A stretch of 64,000 bases of DNA, taken from assembly GCA_031367385.1 (NCBI GenBank), contig JANLPS010000489.1, positions 8,283-72,282 on the forward strand. The letters run 5' to 3'. Numbering within the stretch: position 1 is the stretch's first letter; every line of letters starts with the position of its first letter. The DNA comes from Archangium sp. GTDB taxonomy: Bacteria > Myxococcota > Myxococcia > Myxococcales > Myxococcaceae. The notes below the pieces were generated by a model that saw nothing but the letters and a program-made list of their open reading frames with translations, did not search any database and was not told the origin of the DNA. Shown here one piece after another: positions 13,216-23,529 of this stretch. The position numbers and the translations under genes are program-made.

Positions 13216-14042
13216 CGGTGACACCTTCCCTCCGGGCGGGGCTCGAGACGCTGCGACTGGGCAATGGGCACGCGTGCGTCGAGGTGTGCCCGGCCCGAGG
13301 CGCGTTGGTGACCAGCTTCGTCAGCCAAGGTGACGAGCTGCTCTTTCTCGATGAGGCCACCTTCGCCGACACGTCGAAGAACGTGCGCGGCGGAGTGCCG
13401 ATTCTCTTTCCACTCGCGGGGGCCGCTCCGGCCGGGTCGGCGATGAAGCAGCACGGCTTTGCGCGCACGGCGCAGTGGGCTCAGCTCGAAGCGACAGACG
13501 CGCGAATCGTGCTGGGCCTGGTGTCATCGGCCGCGACGAGGGCGCTCTTCGCGCATGACTTCGAGCTGCGATACGCGATTGCGCTCGAGGGCGCCGCGCT
13601 GCGGCTCGAGTGGGTGGTGCGCAACACGGGTGACGACGCCTGGCCACTGCAGCTCGGGCTGCACCCGTATTTTCGAGTGCCGGTGGCGCAGAAGGCCAAG
13701 GCCCGGGTCGAGAGCGATGCGACGCGTGCGTATGACAACCGGGCGAAGGCCTTCGTCGAGGTGACCGAACCACTGCCGCTGGGCGGTGGTGATGAGGTCG
13801 ACGTGCACTTCTTGAATCATTCGTCTGCGGGCACGGTGCTGCACCGCGGTGACGGGTCAGCGATTCGACTCGAGTGGTCGAGCACCTTTCACACCCTGGT
13901 GACGTGGACGCTACCGGGTCAGCCGTTCATCTGCGTCGAGCCGTGGAGCAGCCCGTCGCTGCCCGCGCGCGACGGAGCGCCATTGCCAATGCTGCGGCCG
14001 GGTGACGAAGCGAAGTTCGAGCTGCTCCTCCGTTCGTCCTGA
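13212..14042 (+). CDS. Aldose 1-epimerase / galactose mutarotase family protein
   Basis: RGGVPILFP, QHGFAR, GLHPYF and FICVEPW motifs; start at ATG 13212 (ATGA overlap). Confidence 0.9.
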   Translation: MTVTPSLRAGLETLRLGNGHACVEVCPARGALVTSFVSQGDELLFLDEATFADTSKNVRGGVPILFPLAGAAPAGSAMKQHGFARTAQWAQLEATDARIVLGLVSSAATRALFAHDFELRYAIALEGAALRLEWVVRNTGDDAWPLQLGLHPYFRVPVAQKAKARVESDATRAYDNRAKAFVEVTEPLPLGGGDEVDVHFLNHSSAGTVLHRGDGSAIRLEWSSTFHTLVTWTLPGQPFICVEPWSSPSLPARDGAPLPMLRPGDEAKFELLLRSS

Positions 14043-14057
14043 GCGAAGTCGAAGGAC
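14031..14057 (+). repeat. REP-like palindrome (stem-TGAGC-N2/3-GTCGAA-stem family)
   Basis: CGTTC-GTCC-TGAGC-GAA-GTCGAA-GGAC; shares its core with the copies at 34337 and 63815; lies between convergent genes and contains the epimerase stop codon. Confidence 0.55.
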
Positions 14058-14068
14058 CCTCTCTTCAC

Positions 14069-15271
14069 CTACGCCAACTCAAACGTGACGCCAGCGTGCT
14101 TGACCAACCGCTCAATCAACGCATCACCCATCACGGTCGCCGGAGTCCAGAACCCTCCCGCGCTCTTGGTCTCGGCCAGGGCCAGCCCCGCCTGCACCAC
14201 CATCTTCGCCGTCGAGCCGTACCCCGGGTCGCGATCTCCGGTCACCTTCGCGCGCAGCGACTTCCCGTCGGCGGTCTTGCCGAACAATCGAAAATCCCAA
14301 AAGCCGCGAGCCTGAGCGTCGGGGCTCGGGCCTTCACCTGGCTTGGGCAGTACGAAGCGGCTCAACGCCCAGCGCACCGAAGGCACCGCCGCCGCGCCCA
14401 TGAAGACTCCCAAGCCGGCGGTCAACCCGAGTGAGCGAACCCGGCCACGCACGCCACGCCCCATCAGCATCGCCTCGTCGTAGCGAAACTCGCTGCCGTA
14501 CCGATGGCCGCTCAGCGCGTTCGAGCGGTGCACGATGCGGCTGTTGATCGCCGCCATCACGAACGGCGCGGTGAACGCCTTGAAGTCAGCGTCGTACCCG
14601 GTCGCGTTGAGGCTCGGTTGGCGAACCTTCGAGCGGTCAGCTCCCGCGGGGCAGAGTGAATACGGGTCGGCGAGCTCGCGGCGAACGGCGCTGTTGGTGC
14701 TGGCCTCTTCGACCAGGTTCATCAGCGAGGCATAGGTGCCACCCGAGACCGCGCCGCGTACTGCTTTGACGCGCGTCTTGAACCGTTCGAGCGGCTGGCC
14801 GAAGCGTTCGATGGCGGCGCGTTGCAAGAAATGCACACCCAAATCTGAGGGCAACGAATCGAACCCGCAGCAGTGCACGATTCGCGCGCCCGACGCTTTG
14901 GCCGCTGCTTCGTGACGCTCGATCATTTGGCGAACCCACTGGGCTTCGCCGGTGAGGTCGCAACAGTCGGTGCCGGTGGTCGCACACACCTCGACCAGCG
15001 GCGACCCGTACAGCGCGTAGGGGCCCACCGTCGAGATCACCACTTTGGTCTGCAGGCACATCGCCTTGAGCGCGGGCTGATCAGCGGCATCGGCGACCAA
15101 CAGCTCGATGTCTTTTGCGGCGTCACCCAGGCCCGTGCGCACCTCACGGAGCTTTGTCTCAGAGCGCCCGGCCATCGCCCACTTCACTTCGCCTGCTTCG
15201 AGCAGAACCCGGCAGATGATTTGCCCGACGAAGCTGGTGGCACCGAAGACGATCAGATCGAGGCGTCGCAT
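14069..15271 (-). CDS. Saccharopine dehydrogenase-like / trans-acting enoyl reductase family oxidoreductase
   Basis: FGATSFVG, AGRS, TVGPYALYG, DLTGE, CGFDSLPSDLG, SGGT and DPGYGSTAKM motifs. Confidence 0.9.
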   Translation of the reverse strand: MRRLDLIVFGATSFVGQIICRVLLEAGEVKWAMAGRSETKLREVRTGLGDAAKDIELLVADAADQPALKAMCLQTKVVISTVGPYALYGSPLVEVCATTGTDCCDLTGEAQWVRQMIERHEAAAKASGARIVHCCGFDSLPSDLGVHFLQRAAIERFGQPLERFKTRVKAVRGAVSGGTYASLMNLVEEASTNSAVRRELADPYSLCPAGADRSKVRQPSLNATGYDADFKAFTAPFVMAAINSRIVHRSNALSGHRYGSEFRYDEAMLMGRGVRGRVRSLGLTAGLGVFMGAAAVPSVRWALSRFVLPKPGEGPSPDAQARGFWDFRLFGKTADGKSLRAKVTGDRDPGYGSTAKMVVQAGLALAETKSAGGFWTPATVMGDALIERLVKHAGVTFELA

Positions 15272-15275
15272 CGCT

Positions 15276-17804
15276 TCAGGCCACCACGGCCTTGGCCGCC
15301 CGGTGTTGGTCGATGAGCAACAGCACCGCCGGCAACACCAACACGCTCGCCAGCAAGCAGCACACCTCGCCGATGAACGCCGCGATGCCGAGGCTGCGCA
15401 CGCCGAAGTTCGCCGAGCGCACCAACGCCAGGTACCCGAGGGTGGTGGTCATGCTGCAGAGAATCACCGCACCGCCGGTCTCTCGTATCGCCACCAACGC
15501 GCTGCCGCGACCCTCGCGGGCGTAGCGCTGCACCACGTTGACCGAGTAATCGACGCCGATGCCGAAGGTGATTGGCAACGCGACGAAGTTCAAGAAGTTG
15601 AGCTTCACCTTGAAGATCACCAGCAACGCCAACATCCACGCGATGCCGACCAGCAAGGCACCCAGCACGGCGATGGTCGCGCGCCCGGTTCGAAAGGCGA
15701 TGATCACCACCAGCACGGTGGCTCCGAACGAGAGCCAGACGGCCTTGGGCACGTCTTCAACGACCGACGCCCACATGTCGGCGTAAATCACCGCGCGGCC
15801 TGAGCCGAGAATGGTTTCTCCATCGGGTAACTTGGTCGAGCGGTACGAGTCGGCCCAGCGAAACAAGTAGTGCGCGTCGTCGACCAACGCGACCGAGGTC
15901 GGGCTGATGTAGACGATGCGGCCGCGCTTGCCGTCGGTCTCGGTGAAGGCGCGAGCGATGGCCTCAGGCAGGTCGTACATGCCGAAGGGCTTCAAGTCTT
16001 CGGGCGGCAGCACCGCCGAGATCTTCGCCCAGTCTTCATCGGTCACCACACCCGCCGCGCGCGCCCGCATCAGCCGCTGCCGAATGCGCAGGAGCAGAGG
16101 AATCTTGGCCTCCTGATCAGGCGGTACGAAGTCTTGCAACGCGTGCAGCTTCTTGAACGGCTTCAAGTCGTCGGCCGCCACTTTTTGCCGGGCGTAGAGC
16201 TCAGCCTCGAGCTCGGGCACCTGCTTCGGGTCATTGACCAGAATCGCCATGCCCGAGGCGCCCACGTGGCCGGTGACCACGTTGCCCAGGTTGTCGAGCC
16301 GCATCTCATTGGCCCGCGACGAAGCATCGGTGCGCAGGTTTCGCAGGTCGTACTCGAGCGGGTCTGACTTCACCCAATAGACGCCCGCCGCCGCGCCAAC
16401 CAAGGCCAGCACGAGACCGATGCCTGCAACCGCCCGGGGGAAGTTGGAGACCAGGTAGACGAAGGGCGCTCCGAAGTTGCCGTTGCCGGTCTTCGCTCGC
16501 AGCTTGGCCAGCGGCCCGCCGACGTCTCTCTCGAGCGGCCAGATCTTCTCGGTCACCGCGAGCATCGACGGCAAGATCCAATACGTGGCGACCCAGCAGA
16601 GCAAGATGCCGACCCCGCCGATGATGCCGAAGTCGTGAAAGCCTCTGAAGTCAGTCGCGCCGAGCGAGCCATACGAGGCGCCTGCCGCGGCGCCGGCGGT
16701 GAGGGTGGGCACCCAGGTCTCTTTGAGCGCGACGTTGATCGACGGCTCGACGGTCATCGTGCGGCGTGCCTCGAGGTAGCGGGCCATGTAGATGATCGCG
16801 AAGTTGATGCCGTTGCCGCCGATGATGGTGAACAAGAACCCGGTCGCGATGTTGAGCCGGCCGATGGTCAGCTCGGTCATGCCGAAGGTCCATGAGACTC
16901 CGACGCCGATGGTCAACAGCAGCAGCAAGACCATGCGGCCGCGGAGGTAATAGAGCAGCACCACGCCGCTGATCATCAACGCGCCGATGATACCGACGTC
17001 GGTCAGGTCGCGGTTGATCGCCTCGAACTCGGTGACGCTGGTCTCGAGGTCGCCGGCGTAGCCGATGGTGATGGTGGGGTCCCACTTCTTGGGGTCGACG
17101 CGATCGACGACCGCGCGAATTCGGCGCAGGGCCTCGCTGCCGTTGTCGAAGTCTCCGTTGGCCAGCTTCGAGCGCACCAAGACGATCAACGAGTGGCCGT
17201 CTTGCGACTGGTAGTACCCGTCGGGGTAGCGCTCGGGGTCTGCGCCCTCGATGCGCAGCGACTCACGCAAGGTCGAGAAGTCGATCGTCGCGGGCACCAC
17301 GCCGCCGTCGGCCCCCACGCCTCCATCAGTGGCCTCGGCTTCATCGAGGTCGACGAACAGGCCGCTGGCCGCTCCGACCGCCTTGGCGTAGCGGGCTTCG
17401 ACGTCGTCTTTGAGCGACTGCAGCTTCTCGGTGCTCAAGAACAACCCAGCCCGCGGGCTCAAGAACTTGATGCCTTCGTGCACGCCGGTCTCGGCATGAG
17501 CGACCCACGGAGGCCCGATCTTCTCGAGCTCAGGCACCAGCGCATCACCCGCCGCCCGCAGCGCCGCGACCGGCGTGCGGTCATTGCCTTCGAGCACCAC
17601 GAACACGGTGGTCACGCCATTGGTCAACGCGGTGACCCGCTTGAGCTCTTGAACGCTCGCCTTCGACTCGGGGAGCAGCGATTCGAAGCCAGTCTGCAAC
17701 CGCAACCGCAGCGCAAATACCGTTGAAATCGCGGTGAGCATCAGGGCCGTGACAATCAACAACCACGGTCTGCGCACCTGCAGTGAGGCCAACCAATCAG
17801 TCAT
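15276..17804 (-). CDS. MMPL/RND family transporter
   Basis: Two TM clusters separated by periplasmic loops; GNGINFAI and GIGVDYSV motifs; TTTLGYLAL. Confidence 0.9.
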   Translation of the reverse strand: MTDWLASLQVRRPWLLIVTALMLTAISTVFALRLRLQTGFESLLPESKASVQELKRVTALTNGVTTVFVVLEGNDRTPVAALRAAGDALVPELEKIGPPWVAHAETGVHEGIKFLSPRAGLFLSTEKLQSLKDDVEARYAKAVGAASGLFVDLDEAEATDGGVGADGGVVPATIDFSTLRESLRIEGADPERYPDGYYQSQDGHSLIVLVRSKLANGDFDNGSEALRRIRAVVDRVDPKKWDPTITIGYAGDLETSVTEFEAINRDLTDVGIIGALMISGVVLLYYLRGRMVLLLLLTIGVGVSWTFGMTELTIGRLNIATGFLFTIIGGNGINFAIIYMARYLEARRTMTVEPSINVALKETWVPTLTAGAAAGASYGSLGATDFRGFHDFGIIGGVGILLCWVATYWILPSMLAVTEKIWPLERDVGGPLAKLRAKTGNGNFGAPFVYLVSNFPRAVAGIGLVLALVGAAAGVYWVKSDPLEYDLRNLRTDASSRANEMRLDNLGNVVTGHVGASGMAILVNDPKQVPELEAELYARQKVAADDLKPFKKLHALQDFVPPDQEAKIPLLLRIRQRLMRARAAGVVTDEDWAKISAVLPPEDLKPFGMYDLPEAIARAFTETDGKRGRIVYISPTSVALVDDAHYLFRWADSYRSTKLPDGETILGSGRAVIYADMWASVVEDVPKAVWLSFGATVLVVIIAFRTGRATIAVLGALLVGIAWMLALLVIFKVKLNFLNFVALPITFGIGVDYSVNVVQRYAREGRGSALVAIRETGGAVILCSMTTTLGYLALVRSANFGVRSLGIAAFIGEVCCLLASVLVLPAVLLLIDQHRAAKAVVA

Positions 17805-17865
17805 CGCGCCTGTCTACACTGCCCGCCCACCCAGAGCACCAAGCCCGTGCCGCCCCTGCAAAGAC

Positions 17866-19362
17866 CTACCGCGACAGCGAGGTCTGGAGCTTCCACGGCT
17901 GCTGCGCGGTGTCGACGAAGTAGAGCGCCTTTCGGTTGATGGCGTTGGGGTCGAGGCTGGTGCCGGCCGCGATGATCGCGAAGCCTCCGGCCACGTGGTC
18001 TGCGGAGGCCGCGGGGGTCAACCCGGGCGGGTTGTCCCAGATGAAGCGACGGGGGGCGATGCCGGCCTCTTCGACGGTGAAGAGCAGGCTCGTGCCACCC
18101 GAGACCGCTTTCGGCGGGTAGAGCAGGCGGCCGGCGCGGGCGTACCCCGAGGCCGCGCCGATGGCGCCCAGGCTCGCTGCGGTGACCGAGGCCGCTCCCA
18201 TGGTGCAGATGTCGTCATTGGGGAGCACCGAGACGCAGGCCCGGGTGTCGACCAACGCGGTGGCGCCCAGCACGATGGGCTTTCGCACCATCGCGTCGAA
18301 GGGCGCCGGGTCGGCCTTGAGCACCGACACCGAGCTGGGCGAGTTCTCTGAGATCACCAGCAAGGTGTCTTCGTTGTTGGCGAAATCGCACAGATAGGGC
18401 GGCTTGCACGGCCCCGTCAGCACCGTACCCACGGGGAACATCTGGGTCGCGCCATCGACGATGATGCGCACCATGTTCGGAGCGGCGACCACCTGGGTCG
18501 CCTTCGCCACCAGGTTCGACTTGGCCCGCACCATCGTGCCGGGCATCACGTTCTCGGCGAGCAGAATGCCGTTGAGGTCGAGGCTGGCCGGGCGCGCGCC
18601 GAGGTAGGCGTTGATGACGTAGAGCCGGCGGGTGGGGCTGCTGACCTGCACGTCGGTGGCGCCGACCCAGGCCACCTGGAGCTGATTATCTTGGCCGTGA
18701 ATGAAGTAGGGGGTGGCTGTGGCGCTGACCTCGACGGGCCTCGCGAAGTACTGATCAGCGGTGTTGTCGCAGGCGGTGTCGGTCTCGCCGCGGAGGCTTA
18801 TTTTGGCAGCGGTGACGGTCGACGCCGAGACGTCAGCGGCGCAGTCGCCGTCGATGTCGACTCCGCCTTCGATGACCACGTTCGCGAGGCTCGCACGCAC
18901 CATCTCGCCGAAGCTCGTCTTCGGGGTCTGCCGCTCGATGCTCACGTTGGTCGAGATTCGGTTGGTGATGGTCGCGTCGCGCTCTTTGAGCACGAGGGTC
19001 GTCGCGGGGTCTTCGTTGACGTCGAAGTCGAAGGGCAGGGTGACCGGCACTGGGCCGCCGTCGGGCAGCACGTTGCGCGCTTCGATGGTGCCGCGCTGCT
19101 TGATCAACGTCACGTGCCCGGTCTTGAACAGCGAGGCCAGCGGCTGCACGCGGTCACCGCCGTCGATGCCGTCGAGGTGAACGGTCACTGCTTCGCGGCC
19201 CAGGTTCACGAAGCGAAACTGCAGGGTGCTGGTCACAGAGGCTTGGCCCCCATCACCGCTCTGCGAACCGCCATCGAGCACGCCGCATTCGCCACCGTCG
19301 GTGCGGACCGGACAACCGAGCAGACCCAAGCCGAGCACGAAGACCGCAGTGAGTTTTTTCAT
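17866..19362 (-). CDS. Hypothetical lipoprotein
   Basis: MKKLTAVFVLGLGLLGC lipobox; DGG-containing linker; beta-rich body. Confidence 0.7.
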   Translation of the reverse strand: MKKLTAVFVLGLGLLGCPVRTDGGECGVLDGGSQSGDGGQASVTSTLQFRFVNLGREAVTVHLDGIDGGDRVQPLASLFKTGHVTLIKQRGTIEARNVLPDGGPVPVTLPFDFDVNEDPATTLVLKERDATITNRISTNVSIERQTPKTSFGEMVRASLANVVIEGGVDIDGDCAADVSASTVTAAKISLRGETDTACDNTADQYFARPVEVSATATPYFIHGQDNQLQVAWVGATDVQVSSPTRRLYVINAYLGARPASLDLNGILLAENVMPGTMVRAKSNLVAKATQVVAAPNMVRIIVDGATQMFPVGTVLTGPCKPPYLCDFANNEDTLLVISENSPSSVSVLKADPAPFDAMVRKPIVLGATALVDTRACVSVLPNDDICTMGAASVTAASLGAIGAASGYARAGRLLYPPKAVSGGTSLLFTVEEAGIAPRRFIWDNPPGLTPAASADHVAGGFAIIAAGTSLDPNAINRKALYFVDTAQQPWKLQTSLSR

Positions 19363-19430
19363 GTGAATGACGGCGCGCCTAGCAGCAACCCGGGTGCAAC
19401 GCGACGGGCTTCGCTAGGGTCGCTGTGGCC

Positions 19431-20327
19431 ATGAATTACCAGCAGGTGCTCGAAGACATCGCCGAAGAGGTTAAACCGCTGCTCACACAGGGCACGGTGG
19501 TCGACTACGTGCCTGGCCTGGCTCGGGTGCCGCGTGAGCAGTTCGGCATGTCGCTGCGCACCGTCGATGGTGCGGTGCACTCGGTGGGTTCGGCCACCCA
19601 GCGCTTCTCGATTCAGAGCATCGCCAAGCTTTTTCCCCTCACGGTGGCGATGAAGCTTCAGGGCGACGAGGTCTGGCGCCGGGTGGGCCGCGAACCCTCG
19701 GGCAACGCGTTCAACTCGCTCATTCAGCTCGAGCTCGAGAAGGGCATACCCCGCAACCCCTTCATCAATGCAGGCGCGCTGGTGACGCTCGACGTGACCC
19801 TCTCGAATGCGAAGGGCATCGTCGAGTTCATCGAAGCGGCGCTCGGCGCGAAGGTGACCCATGACCCCGAGGTCGCCCAGGGAGAACGCGAGACCGGTCA
19901 CCGCAACCGGGCCCTGGCGCATTTTCTGAAGTCATTCGGCAACTTGCACAACGAGGCCGACGCGGTGCTCGACGCGTACTTCGAGCTGTGCTCGGTGACG
20001 ATGAGCTGTGAAGAGCTGGCCCGCGCATGCACCTACCTGGCGAATGGCGGCACGGGGTTCGATGGGCAGGTGCTCGCGACGGCGCGGCAGGCCAAGCGCA
20101 TCAACGCGGTGATGCTGACGTGTGGGGTCTATGACGAGGCGGGCGACTACGCGTACCGGGTCGGGCTGCCCGCGAAGAGCGGCGTCGGAGGCGGCGTGGT
20201 GGCCGTGCTCCCCGGGCAGTACACGGTCGCGGTGTGGTCGCCCGGGCTCGATGCCCGCGGCAACTCACTTGCTGGCACGATGGCCTTGGAGCTGCTCACC
20301 ACCAAGACCAGCATGTCGGTCTTCTAG
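19431..20327 (+). CDS. glsA: Glutaminase
   Basis: FSIQSIAK (SxxK), VGREPSGNAFNS, PRNPFINAGA, GLPAKSGVGGG and WSPGLD..GNS motifs. Confidence 0.95.
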   Translation: MNYQQVLEDIAEEVKPLLTQGTVVDYVPGLARVPREQFGMSLRTVDGAVHSVGSATQRFSIQSIAKLFPLTVAMKLQGDEVWRRVGREPSGNAFNSLIQLELEKGIPRNPFINAGALVTLDVTLSNAKGIVEFIEAALGAKVTHDPEVAQGERETGHRNRALAHFLKSFGNLHNEADAVLDAYFELCSVTMSCEELARACTYLANGGTGFDGQVLATARQAKRINAVMLTCGVYDEAGDYAYRVGLPAKSGVGGGVVAVLPGQYTVAVWSPGLDARGNSLAGTMALELLTTKTSMSVF

Positions 20328-22453
20328 CGCGCCGAGCGCCGCCGCATCATCGCTACGAGCACGAACGCGGCCAGCCACAGGCTCACCGTCGACGCGCTGA
20401 CCGTGCTGCACCCCGCGTGCACCGCGGTCGTGCTGGCGGTGTTGTTCGACGCATCGGAGTCGGGCGTGCCCGAAGTCACCGTCGCCGTCACCGTCACCTT
20501 CTTGTTGAAGCCCTTGGGCACCGAGAAGGTGGTGTTCAAGGTCAGCGGCGCGTCTTTGGCGAGCTCAGAATAGCCACACGGGCTCGGCTCGGCGCAGTCA
20601 CCCGTCAGGGCCAACGCCGACCCGTCTGCAGCAACGCCTGAAATCGACACCGTCACCGGCGCCGCGATGCTCGGGCCCTGGTTGACCACGGTGGTGACGA
20701 ACACCGCGTCGGTGCCTTCGTCGAGGCTCTTGGGCGCCACGATGCTCGCCTTGACGTCGCCGCCCGAGGCCACTTCTTGCGAGGCGGTGTAGGTCAGGCT
20801 GTCTTCGGCGCTCGCGCTCGAAGGAGTGAGCTTGGCGGTGACCGCGAAGTCACCGGTCGCGCCAGCGGCGGTCTTGACGTTGACCATCACCAACTCGGTT
20901 GCACCCGACCGCATCTCTCCGAGGCTGCACGGTACGGTCTGGCACGCGCCTTCGTACGAGAGCACCGTGCCAGGCCCCGTTACCTCGAGAGTCACCGCGC
21001 CGATGTCGGTCGCCCGGCGGTTGATCACCACCACCAGGTAGCGGTTTTCACTGCCACCGATGATCGGCCCATCGAGCGCCTTGACCACCGACACCGTCAG
21101 CCCGTTGATCACCGACCAGCCCATATCGGCCATGGCCGAAGCGGTGAGGTCTAAGTTGAGGGGGGTCGAGGGCTCGCTGGCCGGCTGCATCAACAGCGCG
21201 CGCGGGTAGGAGCCCGTGTTGAAGTGGCTGATCGACGAGCCGGGCTCGATCGCGGTCGGGGTGTAGAGGTACGCGCCGGTGGGGTTCGCGTTCGAGCGGG
21301 TAGAGCCTGGCACCCAGCTCACCGACGCGGGCCCCTTGGTCAGCTGCAGGTCGATGAGGTCGCCCACGGCCTGGGTCACCATCACCGCGGGAAAATGTCG
21401 CTGCGGCTTGGCAGGAGCCATTTGAATCAGGCCGTCGACGTTGTTCGCGACCAGCAAGCCGATCGCTCCGGCGTCAGCGGCGCGGTTGGCCTTCTCGGCA
21501 AAGGTGCAGGTGCCGCGGCGAATCAACGCCACCTTGCCTGTCATCGGCCCTTGCGTCAGCTCGGCGCAGCCATCGGCCGGGGTCGAGGCCACGATGACTC
21601 CGCCGCCCTCGAGCGTGCCCGAGAACGCGCCGGGGACATAGTCGATCAACCCCGCGTCGGCGTTGCCCAGCGAGAGCTGCAGTGACGGTGAGAAACCCAA
21701 AAACCGGGGGATGTCGCGCTTGGTGTTTTCGCCGCTGAGGACCAGGGCGCCAGGCGTAATCGCCAGCGTCTGCCGCGAGGCCGAGCCGCTGCTGACCCAG
21801 GTCTGCGGGGTGGTGCCGGTGACGTCGAAGGCCTGGTAGTCGAATGCGGCGACGCCATCGCTGAAGATGCCGGTCTCGGTCGTGATGCCCGAGGCGAACC
21901 CCAGGCCGTGCCCGAACTCGTGCAAAATCGTGCTCAGCAGCGTGGTGCCGTCTTCATCGAGGCTGAAGTCCCACGCTGAGAAGCCGGGGCAGCGGGCCGT
22001 GCCGAGCTCGGCGTTGAAGCGCGTCAGAATCGCGGCCTGCGAGCCGGTCAGCACTCGGCCGGCCAAGGCGTTGGCCAGGGCGAACGGGTATTGGGCCTTC
22101 TGGTTGGGGAAGCTGGGGTCTCCGCCGATTTGACCGAGCTTGCGAGCGAAGCCCAAGACCACCCGGTTGGGGTCGCTGCAGGCGAAGGTCGCGTCTTCGC
22201 CAGCGCTCATGAAGGCCGCGTCGATGATGATCGGCGGCACGCTGCGCAGGGTGGCGCCCCAGATGGCGCCGGCCGCACGAAAGGCGATCTGCGCCTGGCC
22301 GCCGCGGGTGGTCGCGAAGTTGAGCCCGGCGGGAGCGACAGGCGTCGGGTCGTTGAAGCCCTTGCCGGGCCGGTTGTTGTTTTTGATGACGAATTCAGCG
22401 GCACTCGCCTGCGTGGCGGCGAGCGTGGCGAGGGTCAGCAGCAGGCGCTTCAT
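20324..22453 (-). CDS. Secreted zinc metalloprotease with PA domain, Ig-like (DUF11-type) domains and a MYXO-CTERM-like anchor
   Basis: Signal peptide; HEFGHGLG; PA motif GKVALIRRGTCTFAEKANRA; GSSISHF...LMQP; C-terminal GC-linker-TM-RRR. Confidence 0.85.
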   Translation of the reverse strand: MKRLLLTLATLAATQASAAEFVIKNNNRPGKGFNDPTPVAPAGLNFATTRGGQAQIAFRAAGAIWGATLRSVPPIIIDAAFMSAGEDATFACSDPNRVVLGFARKLGQIGGDPSFPNQKAQYPFALANALAGRVLTGSQAAILTRFNAELGTARCPGFSAWDFSLDEDGTTLLSTILHEFGHGLGFASGITTETGIFSDGVAAFDYQAFDVTGTTPQTWVSSGSASRQTLAITPGALVLSGENTKRDIPRFLGFSPSLQLSLGNADAGLIDYVPGAFSGTLEGGGVIVASTPADGCAELTQGPMTGKVALIRRGTCTFAEKANRAADAGAIGLLVANNVDGLIQMAPAKPQRHFPAVMVTQAVGDLIDLQLTKGPASVSWVPGSTRSNANPTGAYLYTPTAIEPGSSISHFNTGSYPRALLMQPASEPSTPLNLDLTASAMADMGWSVINGLTVSVVKALDGPIIGGSENRYLVVVINRRATDIGAVTLEVTGPGTVLSYEGACQTVPCSLGEMRSGATELVMVNVKTAAGATGDFAVTAKLTPSSASAEDSLTYTASQEVASGGDVKASIVAPKSLDEGTDAVFVTTVVNQGPSIAAPVTVSISGVAADGSALALTGDCAEPSPCGYSELAKDAPLTLNTTFSVPKGFNKKVTVTATVTSGTPDSDASNNTASTTAVHAGCSTVSASTVSLWLAAFVLVAMMRRRSAR

Positions 22454-22800
22454 TGGTTGGCCGCCTTCTTGGCGACGGGCGCGGCGTTCAAGAAAGCCTC
22501 GGCCTCGGTGCTCGAGCTGATGCAGCGCGTGCTCACCGTGCCGTCGCTGTTCTTGCGCGCGAGCAGCACCTCGGCGTTGCCTTCGCGAACGGTGGTGATG
22601 GTGGCCCCCGAGGGCGTGGTCGAGCGCTCGACGGTGCCTTCGCCGCGAGCGGTCAGCGCGCGAACCGACTGCTCGACGGTGGGTTGGGCGCTGAGCGCCT
22701 GGGTGTCTTTCGCGACCGGAGCGTCACCTTCAGAAACGCACGATGAAGCGAAGATCAGCAGCGCGAGCGGCGCGCAACGAAACACGATGGGAGTCGGCAT
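22450..22800 (-). CDS. Small lipoprotein translationally coupled to the downstream protease
   Basis: LLIFASSC lipobox; LARKNSDGTVSTRC motif; ATGA overlap with the protease start. Confidence 0.7.
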   Translation of the reverse strand: MPTPIVFRCAPLALLIFASSCVSEGDAPVAKDTQALSAQPTVEQSVRALTARGEGTVERSTTPSGATITTVREGNAEVLLARKNSDGTVSTRCISSSTEAEAFLNAAPVAKKAANQ

Positions 22801-22923
22801 GGCCCCAGCGTCTACACGGCCCGTCAGAGCCCGGCAACGCCAGCGACGGTCCGGGGGTACCCATTTGGTCGGAGTTCTTCTATGACGCGGCGACCCGTCG
22901 GTTTTTGTTTGAGAAAGCCTTTC

Positions 22924-23529
22924 ATGCTCCGTCTCGCTGCTGTGCTGGTCGCGGTCGTCTCACTCTCGGCGCAGGCCGATGACAAGAAGCCCCCCGCGGT
23001 GCGCGCCTTCGTCGGCGTCTCTGGAGGGCTCGGCGCGGTGACCTCGCGCCACCCGCTGCTCAATGGGTTGTTCGCCGCGCCTGCCTTCGGCCTCAATGTC
23101 GGAGTCGAAGTTCGCAAGATGTTCATCTTCAGCGCCGAGGTTGGCTCGGTCTCGAAGTTCGTCTCGAAGACCAAAGACGGCAGGGGCGTCTACGAGGCGA
23201 CCTCGGGCGCCGCCTGCACCGATTGCGCGAGCAGCGTCGGTGGCGAAGTGGGCGCAGGCACCGTGACCTGGCCCACCATCGGCCCTCGCATCGACTTCGC
23301 ACCGCTCGGGCAGACCAGCCCCTACCTCAGCGTGTCGGGCGGCTTCGTCTTCGTGCAGGGCGCGCTGCCCACGCAGTCGGGCGGCTACGTGGCCGGGCGG
23401 GTCGGGTTTCGATACGCCATCGCCGAGCACGTCGAGGCCGATGCCGAGGCCGGGTACCAGGCTGAGTGGTTCGCGACCGCGACGCTGAAGAACGTGTTCG
23501 GCAACCTGATGATTCGGGCCTACTTCTAA
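22924..23529 (+). CDS. Probable outer-membrane beta-barrel protein
   Basis: Signal peptide MLRLAAVLVAVVSLSAQA, alternating amphipathic strands, terminal aromatic residues (IRAYF). Confidence 0.65.
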   Translation: MLRLAAVLVAVVSLSAQADDKKPPAVRAFVGVSGGLGAVTSRHPLLNGLFAAPAFGLNVGVEVRKMFIFSAEVGSVSKFVSKTKDGRGVYEATSGAACTDCASSVGGEVGAGTVTWPTIGPRIDFAPLGQTSPYLSVSGGFVFVQGALPTQSGGYVAGRVGFRYAIAEHVEADAEAGYQAEWFATATLKNVFGNLMIRAYF

